Source of the DNA: Octopus bimaculoides
Taxonomy: Eukaryota
Assembly (NCBI RefSeq): GCF_001194135.2
Contig: NC_068981.1
Span: forward strand, 43,732,378 to 43,796,377
Length of the DNA stretch: 64,000 bases
Reading direction: 5' to 3'
This document shows, piece by piece, positions 1-12,480 of this stretch. The notes under the pieces were generated by a model, which made no database searches, had not been told where the DNA came from, and saw only the letters and a program-made list of their open reading frames with translations. Positions within the stretch are counted from its first letter, which is position 1. The number at the start of each line of letters is the position of its first letter. Made by a program: the position numbers and the translations under genes.

Positions 1-1029
1 AAGTAATCCAATTTTTAAAGCAATAACATCATCACATTATAATATATTATTCTCATGTTAAAATCATTCGTTAAATCATCTGTAAAAAGGCTCAACGATC
101 TATATGTTCCCCCTTGTCTGTCCTAGTTCGTCCCTATTTATTAGGAAATAAAAGAAAATCATCCAAGTTTCCTCGTTAAGTTAAGTGATGTTGCCCTTTT
201 TCCTTATTTTCTTGCACGTTTGTTTCCCTTTACTAGCTAACCACACTTCCGTTATATGTTTCCATTTCCACAGATATTATCTCCCCAACTGACGTTTTAT
301 GCCTTAAATTTGACAGATATTTATTGCTATTTGATGTGTTTTCTTATAAAACCTTGACAATTTCTTATCCTCTACTGATAGAATCACATTGATAGACAGA
401 CTGATACATGCACAAACACACACATACACATGACAAGCTGCTTGATTGTAAGTTTCATACTTTTAATTAATAATGCTTAAACCAAGGCTATGCGATAAAA
501 CACTTGCTCAAACATTCAAATTGCTGTGCCGTAATATCAGATTCATAACCTCATTGTGAAGAGAACATCTCTGCCACACTTTTATTCTTGCATGTCAATT
601 TTGCAGTTTGAATTTGCATGACTTTAGAAAAGTTTCAGATAGTCTCCCATTTGCATGCACAGTGAAATAGTTTGCTAACAGTTAATAGTTCTGAGTACTT
701 TTTGTAATTTTCTTCTTCTCAAGATAGCATGCTTCACTATAACTATCTGCAGCACTAATTAGGTCATCTAAGAGAAACTATGAAATATATCTATGATGAT
801 TCATGTGAACAGGTCATTAATTATATTTCATGTTTGCTTCTATTGTTAACTATTTCTGTACGCCTAGGCTATATATTTCTATTTAATTAGCTTTTTTAAT
901 AATCATTCAGTTATTTGTGGAAGGGAAGCACCTTTAAGGGTCTCTAAAATTAGTTGAAGGGAGACCAGAGATTCTGTAATTTGGATTACGTCTATCACCC
1001 AAGAACAGGAATGATCACTATGACAAACT

Positions 1030-1900
1030 TTCACACAATTTCAGTCTTTCAAATTTCATTGATATGGTTTGATCAATCTGTTTTATGGTAGCAAGCACTC
1101 AATGTGTCAGGCAGCATAGTTGTACTAAGACCCATATAATTACAAAACAGACAGCCTTGGCTGCATCTTTATTTGCATGGATCTTAAATAAATTTTCAAC
1201 AGATTCTTTATATGAAATGAGTGCACAGTACTACCTCTCAACTTATCAAATTTTTGATGTACTTGGATTTTTTTTGCTTCCCTTACCCTTAAAGCATTTG
1301 GACTTCAGAAGCTTCTTCCAGGTTTTCTATTTTATTTGTAGAGTTTGAGTGATTCTGCTGTGAGTACTAGGTCATCAGTATGTAACATTTCTCAAGTACA
1401 ACTAGTATTTGATTCCTGCTTTATTGCTCAAGAACAATAATGATCAATTTGAGGCTTGGTGAATTCCTAAAACATATCCATATACCAATATTAATCTGGC
1501 CTAAAACTATTCTATACAAGGTTTGGTTGGCTCACGAACGTTATCTTTCTCTAATTGTGTACTCATCAAACAACAAACTGCAGGACCTTAGAGTATTCTC
1601 TACACTGATAATTGCAGAATAAAGTTATCCTATTGTAAGTTGTTTTTCTTGAAGCATGACAGCAGTAGTCTTACATTCTGCCAAACCAAAACTGTACCCT
1701 AACAAATCTAACCCAAGCCTTTATTAACTTCAAGACTCTTTCTGTCTTAACAAGACTAGATATATCAACCTGATTCCTCTCTAAACCTCTCTCCAGTATG
1801 TTGCCGGTGAAATTATCTGATAAAGATTTAATTCAATACTCTTACAATGTAGTCACCAATTTTTGCTCTCAGTATCAGCATTTCAGGATTTCACAGACTT
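1030..1900 (-). mobile_element. Highly degenerate RTE-clade LINE reverse transcriptase remnant
   Basis: Manual minus-strand translation gives decayed RT motifs: 'HTDDLVLTAESL' (YADD box, ~1355-1395), 'LQEKQLTIG' (~1635-1660) and 'SPSLKLIIIVLEQ', with many stops and frameshifts. Boundaries are approximate. Confidence 0.6.
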
Positions 1901-2671
1901 GAGAGTGTAATATAGTTTATTACACATTTCCCCTAAATCAATCTAGATTGATTTTACTGCAGATGTTTTCCTGTTATCATATTTAATTTGTCATATTTTC
2001 CCTCTGTTAATAGATATTTTCAATGTTAAATAGTTTCCTACTGACTTACTATTTGTTCAACCTGTGAGGGGTCAAGCTTCATGAAATAATTACAATTTTT
2101 CTTTTGTTGTTTTCCTGAGAAAGTACCTTTGAGCAATTTCATTAAGAAAAGGGTATATAGATAAAACCCTATACAATGATAAATCAAAGCACCTGTTATC
2201 ATTCAACCACAGTATTGGTTGAATATATTCTCAAGTCCACCGTTTCATCAATTGCAGCAGCTTCCAAGCTTCACTACTAATTCAGTTCTCACCTAAATTG
2301 CAAACTGTTAATAGCTTTAGAGAGGTCACCTCCTCAGCTACACTTTGGCATAAATAGTTTGAGATTTGGTTCAGTAGAAAAAAAAGTTACATTAAAATAT
2401 CTGTGACCTCAAGGGGGGCAGTAAGGCAGATATTCATCTTCAAATAGCATAAATTTTTAAATTTCTAATTAAAAGTATACTTTTCTTAGGCTTTAATGAT
2501 AGAAAAATGCATGAGGAATTCAGAATTGTTAGTCGCATTGAACAAACATTAGTAGAAAAACAGTTATGTGGTGAAATGTTACGAAATTTCACGTCAGTAA
2601 GCGAAGAAGTAACGTTTAAACAATAACAATAAGAATAAAGAACATATTACTAAAATGAATGCTTAAATTCA

Positions 2672-3090
2672 AAGGTGGCAAACTGGCAGAAATGTTAGCC
2701 TGCTGGGCGAAATGTTTAGTGGTATTTCGTCTGTCTTTATGTTTCAAGTTCAGATTTTGCCAACTTTGACATACAGATTAATTAACTTTTTTTTAACTAA
2801 ACACTTTCAAACTTCTGATAATGGTAGAATGTGTTACATAGAACGTTTTTGACAAAATTTTGTATTTTAGAAGTGGTATTTCGTCTGTCTTTACGTTCTG
2901 AGTTCAAATTCACCGAGGTTGACTTTGCCTTTCATCCATTTTGCATCAATTCAATTAGATGTACAGATTATTTAATAATTTTTTTTAAAACTAAACACTT
3001 TCAAACTTCCGATACTGGTAGAATGTGTCACATACAGAGGGGTTTATACTCAACATTTTTGACAAGATTTTGTATTTTAGAAGTTATTTC
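2672..3090 (+). repeat. 5' part of a family-A SINE plus a tandem duplication of a SINE/flank composite unit
   Basis: GTGGTATTTCGTCTGTCTTTA starts at 2719 and again at 2873. ACTAAACACTTTCAAACTT..GGTAGAATGTG..TTTTGTATTTTAGAAGT occurs in both units. Confidence 0.8.
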
Positions 3091-3942
3091 ATCACAAGTT
3101 ACAGAGGGACAGTGGACAAATTCGTGTTTGATAAGTGCCAATACATGAAACTCTCAGCTTTTTACTTACTCTCTAACTTCTGCGGATGATATATATACAT
3201 ATTAACATATATGTGTAAAAAAATCTCATCACGCAATCGAACCAATGAAACAGTATCTACCTGGTCACTCGACACGCTAAAAATAGCAGCCAAAAGTATC
3301 TCCCTACCTAAATCACATGCCCATTGTATGTAATTTCCTAGATTATCCATAAAAGACTGTTTACTGAGGGCTTGAATGCCTTTGATGATAGATTTTCAGT
3401 ATTAGTGTTGATTTGAGGCTAAATAACAACAACATTATGGAAAATTTCTATATTAACACCCGCAAGATTTTCACTAAGAAAGAATAAACAAAAAAAAATT
3501 GGCTTTTTTGCATGGAATCAAGTACTCTGATCTCTTAATATGCTGCAAATCCCTTATTTTGGTTTGGACAAAATGAGGTGGGGAGGGGTCCCCTCAGTCC
3601 CAGAATCATTGGAAATTTCTTTTTCGTTGAATGAATTCCTGTGACCTCCTAATATTGCAAAATTAGGTTACTTAAGGTGAGCCTGGTAATTGATGGTTTT
3701 GGGGTCTTGTTGTTTCTAACATTTGGTGAGCTATGGTGCAACCAACAACATCGTAAAAATCCCTGCAATTAATTTGGTGTTGATGGGTAATATCAAATAA
3801 TTCAAGAACAACATATATTTAAATTTAACATGGAAAAAATTGAAATATTATCATCACTTACATAGAAAAATTGAAATATTATCTTTCAGAATTTTATAAA
3901 GTAAAATCTTAAATTATTAATTGACACATTATTAATTATCTT

Positions 3943-4518
3943 ATAACAGCAATGCCTGGAAAAATCATGGATTAAATGGATAAAATGCGAGCATGAAAAG
4001 TACTAGTCTTAAGATTATAAATCTGGAAAAGTACAGGGCAAGTATAGGACAAGCTATTACTTCTAGTAAAGTAAAGAATAAGAAACTTTTTAGTTAAAAT
4101 ATTGCTGCTAAAATTAAAATTTGAATACTAAAGCTTATTTTATTATAGTTTACAAGTAACACTATACTTATTTAAGTAGAATTTGGCTAGTAGAATTTAC
4201 TACCTTTAGTACAGAAAAAAATGACTAATTAGACAAACTTACAAATTAGCTGAACAGTTTTGTACAATAAATTTTAAAGATTGAGAACTGTAAAGAGTGA
4301 TAAATTAGAACTGACATTCTTTGCTGCAATATTTCAAGTAAAAAGTTTCTTATATGTTACTTTACTAGAAGTAATAGCTTGTACTATACTTTTACAGGTA
4401 TAATAACCTGTCCTGTACTTTTCCAGGTTTATAACCTTAAGAATATTACTTTTTATGCTCACATTTTTCCATGTAATAAGACATATTCTCATTAAACCAT
4501 GCTTTTTATTGCTATTAT
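3943..4518. mobile_element. Foldback/MITE-like element with long imperfect inverted arms
   Basis: 3982-4108 is the imperfect reverse complement of 4323-4468 (e.g. ACAAGCTATTACTTCTAGTAAAGTAA / TTACTTTACTAGAAGTAATAGCTTGT). Weaker pairing extends to 3943/4518. Confidence 0.75.
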
Positions 4519-4638
4519 TTCTCATGTGGGTTCATAAATTTTGTTATCCATCTAACATTGTTTTGTCAATGAGATTTCCTTCTGACTCTGTAGTGTTTAA
4601 CAGAACTATTTCTTTTGTCAATATTGACATTTCCACAA

Positions 4639-4858
4639 GGCAGCGAGCTGACAGAATGGTTAGCATGCTAGGCACAATGTCTTGTGGCATTTAATCTGTC
4701 TCTACTTTCTGGGTTCAAATGCCGCTGGGGTCAACTTTGCCTTTCATCCTTTAAGGAGTGATAAAATAAGTACCAGTCAAGTACTGGGGATCAATGTAAT
4801 CAACTTAACCCTCCCCTAAATTAATGGCCTTGTGCCAACATTTGAAGCCATTATTGAT
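4639..4858 (+). mobile_element. Full-length tRNA-derived SINE, family A
   Basis: tRNA-like head (GGCAGCGAGCTGACAGAATGGTTAGC...GGGTTCAAATGCC), central block GTCAACTTTGCCTTTCATCCTTT..GATAAAATAAGTACCAG and 3' GGCCTTGTGCC. At least 10 related copies occur in the window. Confidence 0.85.
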
Positions 4859-4862
4859 ATTT

Positions 4863-4997
4863 CCTATAGATTCTCAGATATTCAAAATAGAATTGTAGTG
4901 GTGGTAATAGTGGTAGGATCACCTCCATATCCAAGGCTAAAGAGAACATGTTGCAGAATTTTGATTAATTGCAGATAAATTATTTCTTCAACCTCCA
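4863..4997 (+). repeat. Old unclassified dispersed repeat, paired with 8191-8329
   Basis: CCT(A/G)TAGATTCTCAGATA ... TAATTGCAG(A/G)TAAATTATTT..TCAACCT is shared by the two loci. Confidence 0.6.
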
Positions 4998-5876
4998 CAA
5001 AATCCTGAAGAATATCAACAAATTTAAAAGGAGTGAATTGCATAATTTGCAATCTATGTGTCATGAAACTGCTTCGGTATGCAATCTACCCTTTGTATCA
5101 TGATCTACAACAAGAAATGTTATATTATCAATTTCTTTTTAATAATAAATGTATTAACGATAAAATTAGTAAACTTGTTTTAAATCTGCTTCATTCTAAT
5201 TTCTTTTTAATAATAAATGTATAAGATGTATAAAAATTTTAATTATCTATTTTCCACTTTTCTAGCTGATGTTCAATTCACCAGTTCATTTGATTTGCCT
5301 GTTCATTTGATTCGCCCATAAAATAAATAAATTTGTTTCAAATTTGCTTCATTTAAATTTTGTTAAATAAATGTATAAAAATGTAAGAATATTTTATTTA
5401 AGCCATTGTAAATAAATGAAACATGTAGATAACAAACTAATCTAGAATTTGATTCATGCAGATCACATTGGCTATGTAGATTGCATACCAGAGTAGCAGC
5501 GATCTTTGTTATTTAATTGGGTTATTGTTTTACTATGTTGCTTGTGGAAAATAGATGCAGGTTTATAATTTTAGTGACTACAAAATAATTTTGTCTTGTC
5601 TCATAATACTGGTTCAATACTGCAAAAACTGTTACTCATGGTAACTATTGACATCAAGAAATTTCTTATTAGAAGTTCAAGAATTTCACCTGGGACATAA
5701 TTAAAGTACAAGAAGCAATATCGAAATTTCTTTTGTTTTCTTGTCTCCTTTTGTTTCAGATTGCTTGGTTGCATACTTTCATTACAATTCTCAACATTCA
5801 CACACACACACACGCATTTATGTATGTATGTGTGCATGCATATATATGTGTATGTTTTATATATATATACATACTT

Positions 5877-6935
5877 ATACAGGGTTGGACAAAAATAATG
5901 GAAACACCTTAAAATTTCAAATAAATTTATTTTAATATGGGGTAGGACCACCTTTGGCAGTCATTATAGCTTGAATTCTCCGAGGTATGGACTTGTACAA
6001 AGTTTGAATTGTTTCCAAAGGAATTTTTGTCCATTCTTCAGCTAAAACAGTCTCCAGTTCTTGTAGTAATGATGGTGGAGGATATTGACTTCTTACTTAT
6101 TTTCCTAAAATGTACTATAAATGTTCTATAATATTGACATCCAGATAAGATTTTCAACTTCAGTAGAATGTTCCTTGTGCCATTCAGTAACAGCTTAAGC
6201 TGTGTGAATTGGATTGGAGCATTATCATCCTGAAAGATTGTTTCCCTCCGGAAATAGTTCTGCAACCTTACGATGAATTTGATCAGATAAAATGCTTAAA
6301 TAGTCTTGACTATTAATTCTGCCATGAAGGGAAATGATTAGGCTGGTGGATTTCCAAGATATAGCCCCCCACCACCACCACCAGATTATCACAGTTCCTC
6401 CTCCATGTTTAACAGTTGGAAGAAGGCAGTCGGGGTCAAATGCTTCTTTTAGTTTCTCCACACGTATACTTGGCCGGTGGTCAGAAATAATGTAAAGATT
6501 CGTCCGAGAAAATAACAGTCTTCCACTGCTCTAGGGACCAATTCTGAAGGTTTTGACTCCACTCTAAACACTTTGCAATGCTTGTTTTTGAAAGTAGTGG
6601 TTTTCTGATTGCAGCCCTCCCATGAAATCCGGCTTTGTGCAGCTCCTGGCAAACAGCTTTTGTGAAAACTGGGTTCTTGAGGTGGTCATTAAGCTCTACA
6701 GTAATTTTGAGAGCTGTATTTTTGTGATCCTTTCTAACAATTCAAGTAACAGTCCGACAGTCCCTGTCTGAAAGTTTTGGTTTTCTTCCAGAGTTTTGTT
6801 TTAACGAGGAGGTTTTCCCCTCTTTCTCAAAGGCTGTCATTACTTTCAAGACAGTACTTCTTGATACACCAAACATTTCGGCTGTTTTTGTTGCACTAGC
6901 ACCTGCCATACAAGCACCAACAATTTGACCTCTTT
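5877..6935 (-). mobile_element. Tc1-family (DD34E) transposon, decayed, 5' end lost
   Basis: Terminal TA-CAGGGTTGGACAAAAATAATGGAAACACC at 5877. Transposase fragments: GRKPKLSDRD (HTH linker), VIFSDES, TVKHGGGTV..WG, FQDDNAPI, DVNIIEHL, AKGGPTPY. Frameshifts and stops are present. Confidence 0.92.
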
Positions 6936-6936
6936 G

Positions 6937-6965
<29 letters not shown>

Positions 6966-6968
<3 letters not shown>

Positions 6969-7150
6969 TAACCTCGTGGATATCGTTGGCGATTTCTTCT
7001 TCCTCCGTCTTTCCCTTCTTTGGACTTTCCTTTGTTTCCAATGAAGAGCTCCGCTTGAAACATCAAATTCTCTTTCTTTCCTTTCCCAAGCGTCCAGTAA
7101 CACAATCTGTATCGCGTCCTCACGTTGCTGTTTTTTTGTTTTTTTGTTTT
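6966..7150 (+). mobile_element. Probable PLE terminal-repeat fragment with a decayed hammerhead motif
   Basis: TTT-CCAATGA-A-GAGC-TCC-GCTT-GAAAC-ATC-AAA at 7035-7067, directly after a (TA)n run. Confidence 0.55.
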
Positions 7151-8591
7151 TTTTCCTTTTTTGAACTTATATATATATATATTCACATATATGCATAGAT
7201 ACACACACACACCATATAGAGTTATGAAACCTGATAACATGCAAATAATAACAGCAATAATAATAATAATAATAATAATGGTTTTTTTTATTTGCCACCA
7301 GGGTGTAGGATGAGTGGGGTAGTGCAAATAGAGACCTGATAATATCTATCTGTCTGTCTGTCTATATTTATAGGTACAAATCTATTTAGAATAATCAGAA
7401 GCTACTGTATTGCATGATAGGGACACAATGGTTTTCTTTTTCCTTAGGATGTTCTAAATATACTATTGTAACTTAAGAAGATGAAATTAAGATAAGCTTG
7501 TTATTTTACAGGTAGTATCAGTCCTAAGCTATGTAATAACGAATATAAATGAATATCAAGTTGAAGCCTTATACTTTGACAATCAATAAAGAATATAAAT
7601 TCAGGCATGTAATGGAAATGACAGAAAGAAGAATATATCAGAAGAACTGGATAATATAATTTTAATATTAGATCATCTTACTGATATCTAAGATTCAATT
7701 TATCTTTCTTCTCTTAGGATATACAATTATTATTGTTATTATTATTATTATCATCTAGTTTTATAGCTTACAGCTGTCAGGACACAAAGAATCTATGAAT
7801 ACATCCAATTACAACATACCAATTTTGTTGGGTTTTTTTTCTATTCTTTACATGGATTTAAAACGCCTGGATGTTTTTTCCTTAGGCAAAGGAATAAATT
7901 CCTTTAAAGCTTTACTTTGTTCAATCTTAGAAAGTATTTGAAACTATTTTGGAATTGAAGTGGAGAAATGGACATGTTGGTGACTCACTTCAACCCAATG
8001 CCTTTGAAAAAGAATCACATTTTGGGGATTGTATTTTCTTGTCCTTGGGCACTGCACATAATTCATTCTTCAGTTACACTTCCTAAAAAATTAACAGTGA
8101 CACCAAAATGCTTCATTTTAAAAAGAAATGATTAAGAAGTTTAAGGTTCTAACTCTCGCAAAAGACTTAAAGAAGTCAATTTTGACATCTCCTGTAGATT
8201 CTCAGATAATCTAAATATTAGCTGTGGTGATGGTGGTAGTGGGTGTGGAAGCCATACTATATCTAAGGGGAAAGAAAGTAAGATGTAGAATTATGACTAA
8301 TTGCAGGTAAATTATTTTTTTCAACCTGCAGCATTTGGTATATCACAATTAATGACATCACCAACCATGAAGTTCTAGACTTCTTTAATGTCTCGTCTGA
8401 CTGTTATGTCAAATAAGGCTCATGAGTGTGCATGACTGATCCATCATCTCAACCTTATGAGTGTTTGCACTAATGCTGCAAATGTCTTTGGATAGGGAGT
8501 TGAAATCCTATTTATTCCCTAATTATTTTCAAGATGGTGATGCTAGAGAGTTTGGGTTCTCATAAATACTTATTGAAATATTTTTTGTATC

Positions 8592-9000
8592 TAAGGCCAA
8601 GTATGGTTTTGTGATAAGAAGCTTTCTTCCCAATCATATGGCTCCAGGTTCAGTCCTACTGCATGACACCTTGGGCAAGTGTCTTCTACCATAGCCTCGG
8701 GCTGATCAAAGCCTTGTGAGTGGATTTGGTAGATGGAAACTGAAAGAAGCCTATTGTACACACACACACACATATATGTATGTATGTGTGACTTTGTGTC
8801 TGTGTTTGTCTCCCACTACCACTTGACAACTGGTGTTGGTTTGTTTATGTCCCATAACTTAGCAGTTCAGCAAAAGATACCATTAAAATAAATACCAGAT
8901 TCATAAAATAAATACTATGTTCAATTCATTCGACTCAAAATTCTTCAAGGATATGCCCCAGCATGACCAGTCTCACAACTGAGGCAAGTAAAAGATAAAA
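8592..9000 (+). mobile_element. tRNA-derived SINE, family B (internal TA/TG microsatellite, GTAAAAGA tail)
   Basis: B-box-like GGTTCAGTCC, block CACCTTGGGCAAGTGTCTTCTAC, GATTTGGTAGATGGAAACTGAAAGAAGCC, 3' GTAAAAGATAAAA. Confidence 0.85.
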
Positions 9001-10543
9001 CATACATTGGTATAGGACTTTAAATTTACAAGGAAAGAATAGTGTTGATTGACTCACTGAGTCCCTTGTACAAACATCACCCCTATTTCATCAACTGTGG
9101 AGGTATAAAAAGCAAAGCCACGACCATGTGAAGCTTGAAAGAATAGCACAAATGAGGAAGATAAATATAAAGCATTTAGCTCAATGATCTGCATCTTCTT
9201 CACTACTCTGTGCATTTAAGTTAAAATAGAAAAATGAAATGAAATTAAATTGTGTTTATACATGCAAGAATATAATATAACTAAAATATATGCAATAAAA
9301 CAACTTTAGTCAAATTGTACATCTGTCAGTTGATAAAGTTCAAGTAAATCAACTTATGCTGAAAATATTGGTATTAGTGTAATAGTTTAGTTATGTATAT
9401 CCATAAAGCATTTCATTGAATTAATTCTGTATCATTGTATCTATTTAATTTTATTCTGAATACTTTCACTAATAGTGTGCATTGCTCTGATTGCATCAGT
9501 TCTGAATAAAATAAGAGCTAACAAGGATGAAATTGTAATTCTTCAGATAAACTTTGTTCCCTTTAGCAATCACAATTCTAAACTATTTAGAATAAGGTTT
9601 TGCATATAGTATGTTATGTACATTTTCTATTATTAGCTTTCTCTTTTCAGTAATAGCTAAATTGTGTGTATGTGAGAGAGAGAGAGAGAGATAGAGGGAG
9701 AGAGAGAACACATTCAAGTAGGCGAGTAAGTTATATACACATTGTCTTCTCATCAACATCTGTGAATTTGGTGAATACATCAATGTGTAAATGAAAGTCT
9801 TGTACTGTCGTATTTGACACATTTATAACTCTGTATAACACAAGAAATGAAAACATATGAAAATTATTTCACACACTACATATTCAGCTAGATTTCTACC
9901 TGGTAATATCAAAATCATATTACTTGAAAACACTACACTTTGAGAAACAATTTACTAAAATCATCAGAATCATCTGAATATTAGAAAGTCTCTTCTGTTC
10001 TACAATGATTCCTATGGGGTCTCACTGTTTGATGTATGTATGAGGAAATTACTTTTGAGTCAATGTTGATGATCTTGTTGTGATACTCTAACTGGTCCCT
10101 ATCCCCTCTCAGTTCAACTCTGGCAATCTCATGCCATATGAATGGCCTCATTATGGTTCAAGAATCAAATAAACATCTTCAAAGAATTCTGCTCATGTAT
10201 AACTGTTGCCATCAACTTAACCAGGGCCAACTTCCTAGATGTCACTCTGGACCCAAACTGAAATGATAATTAGGAATCTTTTTTTACATCTGTAGGAATC
10301 CCAGCTACTCCCAGCTGTAATAAGAAACTTAATCACAAGGTTTAACAAAAGAACCTCTAAATTGTCAGCAGAAAGGGATATCTTCAACACGGCCACATCT
10401 CATTGTAATGAAACACAAATGTTGAGTGTCTTTACTAATGAGTTAGTATAAAAGGAGTACAACTCACTGTCAAACTCAAAGAGAGTTAGAAGGAAGAAAG
10501 TAATCTAGGTCATTCTTCCAATTAATCTAGATGTATTCACTAA

Positions 10544-11173
10544 ATTCAAAAAAGGGATAAAACTCTTTTACAAGAATTTTATCAAGAAGCCAGTGTGTAA
10601 AAAGGTTGTAAGGGAAATTTCTATTCCCAAGAACATAATTATACGTTTATATTTGTATAAGGGGCATTACTACAGAATAATAATGCCACACACTGGACTT
10701 CTCAAAATAAACACATTTTTAGTACCGAATGTGAGGAAACACAACCAACAGAAGAAAACCACCTATCTTTTAAATAACTCAACTATGTATCGACCGATTT
10801 CACGATTACTAGAATGAATCTAGACTCCGCTCATCAGCATAGTATTGTTTATGAAAAACATATACAAATAAACAGAATTCTCACCTTACCAAAAACGAAC
10901 ACTCTCCGTAAAGCAAAGGGAATGAAGTTTATCTGTATAAATCTTCAGCAAAGAAGCGGGAAATACAACTGGGTTGTCTTGGCACATGTGTTGAGACAGG
11001 AATAAAACAATTCCGCATTGAATATATTCCGCGTATATATTTGATTAATAAATTAAAAAAGGGATAAAACTCTTTTACAAGAATTTTATCAAGAAGCCAG
11101 TGTGTGAAAAAATTCGTATTCGGTACTAAAAATGTGTTTATTTTGAGAAGTCCAGTGTGTGGCATTATTATTC
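10544..11173 (-). mobile_element. Non-coding hammerhead-bearing insertion (retrozyme-like or PLE pLTR-derived) with a 12-bp TSD
   Basis: TSD TGTATTCACTAA at 10532-10543 and 11174-11185. Direct repeat 10541-10603 / 11049-11111. Inverted copy of 10671-10730 at 11118-11177. Internal hammerhead. Confidence 0.85.
10782..10843 (-). ncRNA. Type I hammerhead ribozyme (core intact)
   Basis: Minus strand reads ACUAUG-CUGAUGA-GCGG agu CUAGA uucau UCUAG uaa UCGU-GAAA-UCG gu CGA-UA^CAUAGU. Stem I is 6 bp, the CUGANGA and GAAA core is canonical, and the cleavage triplet is AUA. Confidence 0.88.
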
Positions 11174-12129
11174 TGTATTCACTAATATAGCTAGAAGTTT
11201 CTTGTCCTTAATTAGTATTTTCTATGCATTTTTATGTAACATAAACTCTTTGATGCACATAGCATTAAGGTTAGCTATTCATAGTTAAAAAATACCAATT
11301 CCAACATTGCACACCATAACAAAGAAACATGCTTCTATACTGACTTTATCCTATGTCTCAGACTATAACTACCAAAATCCCATCAACTACCCACTGTGAT
11401 GATTCTGCTTCTCAAAGGCTGTAGTCAATAGAGCTACCCATGCACAATCTAATATCATTGAAAAGTACCACACTGACATAGTAGTCAATGCTTTCAAGGG
11501 ATGATTTTTACAACATATATCCTCATTCAGGTGAAGGAAAAATTCTACCTCCCTGTCACGAGTCTGGGATCAAGGGGTTCCCAACATTGCATGGAGCATC
11601 TTTGAAAGAACCCCCTCCAACTGATTTGGAGTTAGCAGCTACTATATCTGCACCATGAAAAAATGTATATATTGCAGCATCCTGCATTATCTATCAACAA
11701 GAAAACTGACATACTTTATTGTCTTCACTAAAGATACAGCCTGTTCATGACTTCAAACCATTAGCCACAAATATCCAAGAAAGACAACCTTAGACCTAGC
11801 AGTCATGAACAATTGCAGAGTAAACAATTCTTGCTTGCCCAAAGTGCTATTTTTCTCTTTTGCATAACATCAACATGGCCTACCACAATCAGCTAGATAT
11901 CCACCTCACAGCTATACACAAGATATAGACTGATACGTAACCTAATACCATCAGATTTGTTACCTTACCACATGAAACATGTTCTTCTTATCATTATTAG
12001 TATTTGGTGTCGCTTACACTGCCAAGTTCTCAAACTCTATAGGTTGGTGACTACATAATGCCACTAAACTCTCTACCATCTGGAAGCATATATGAATTTA
12101 TCTAGTGTTACTCTTTTACAACCTACACT

Positions 12130-12480
12130 TTTGCCATCATAAGGTGAAGGTCAGCTCTGATAACAAATTTAGTGTACAAGTTGGAGTTCACCAACGATCA
12201 GTTCTCAGTACCTTCTTGTTTATTATAGTCCTCCAGGCTGTAACAAAGGAATTTAAGAGTGGCTGCCTTGGGAGCTCCTCTCCACTGATGACTGTCAGGT
12301 ATGCAGGTATTATAAACACTAAAGACTGTACAGAGAATAGACTTACTCTAATGTCCAGGGAGATCCTAAGTAGTAGTTGATAGCTTCTGTTACCTAGGCG
12401 ATGAAGTTAGCAGTGGAGGAAGAAGTTCTGATTCCTGAGGGTTGCATCAAGTGGCTTCCAGTGGCAGAAGCCTGAACTAT
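12130..12480 (+). mobile_element. RTE LINE RT fragments
   Basis: ORF 12105-12380 contains KFSVQVGVHQRSVLSTFLFIIVLQAVTKEFKSGC, matching the RT copy at 38640-38760. A GDEVSSGG fragment follows. Confidence 0.8.

Larger units (their letters stand above)
9990..11760 (+). mobile_element. Old Penelope-like element (RT C-terminal half, CCHH linker, GIY-YIG), interrupted at 10544-11173
   Basis: Decayed translations: 'ITVAINLTRANFLDVTLD', 'RFNKRTSKLSAERDIFNTA', 'LDVFTN|IARSFLSLI' across the insertion, 'KVSYS', 'NPINYPL..FC' and 'KAVVNRA..IEKYH..NAFKG..HISSFR..STSLS..WD..IAWSIF' (GIY-YIG-like). Confidence 0.8.
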
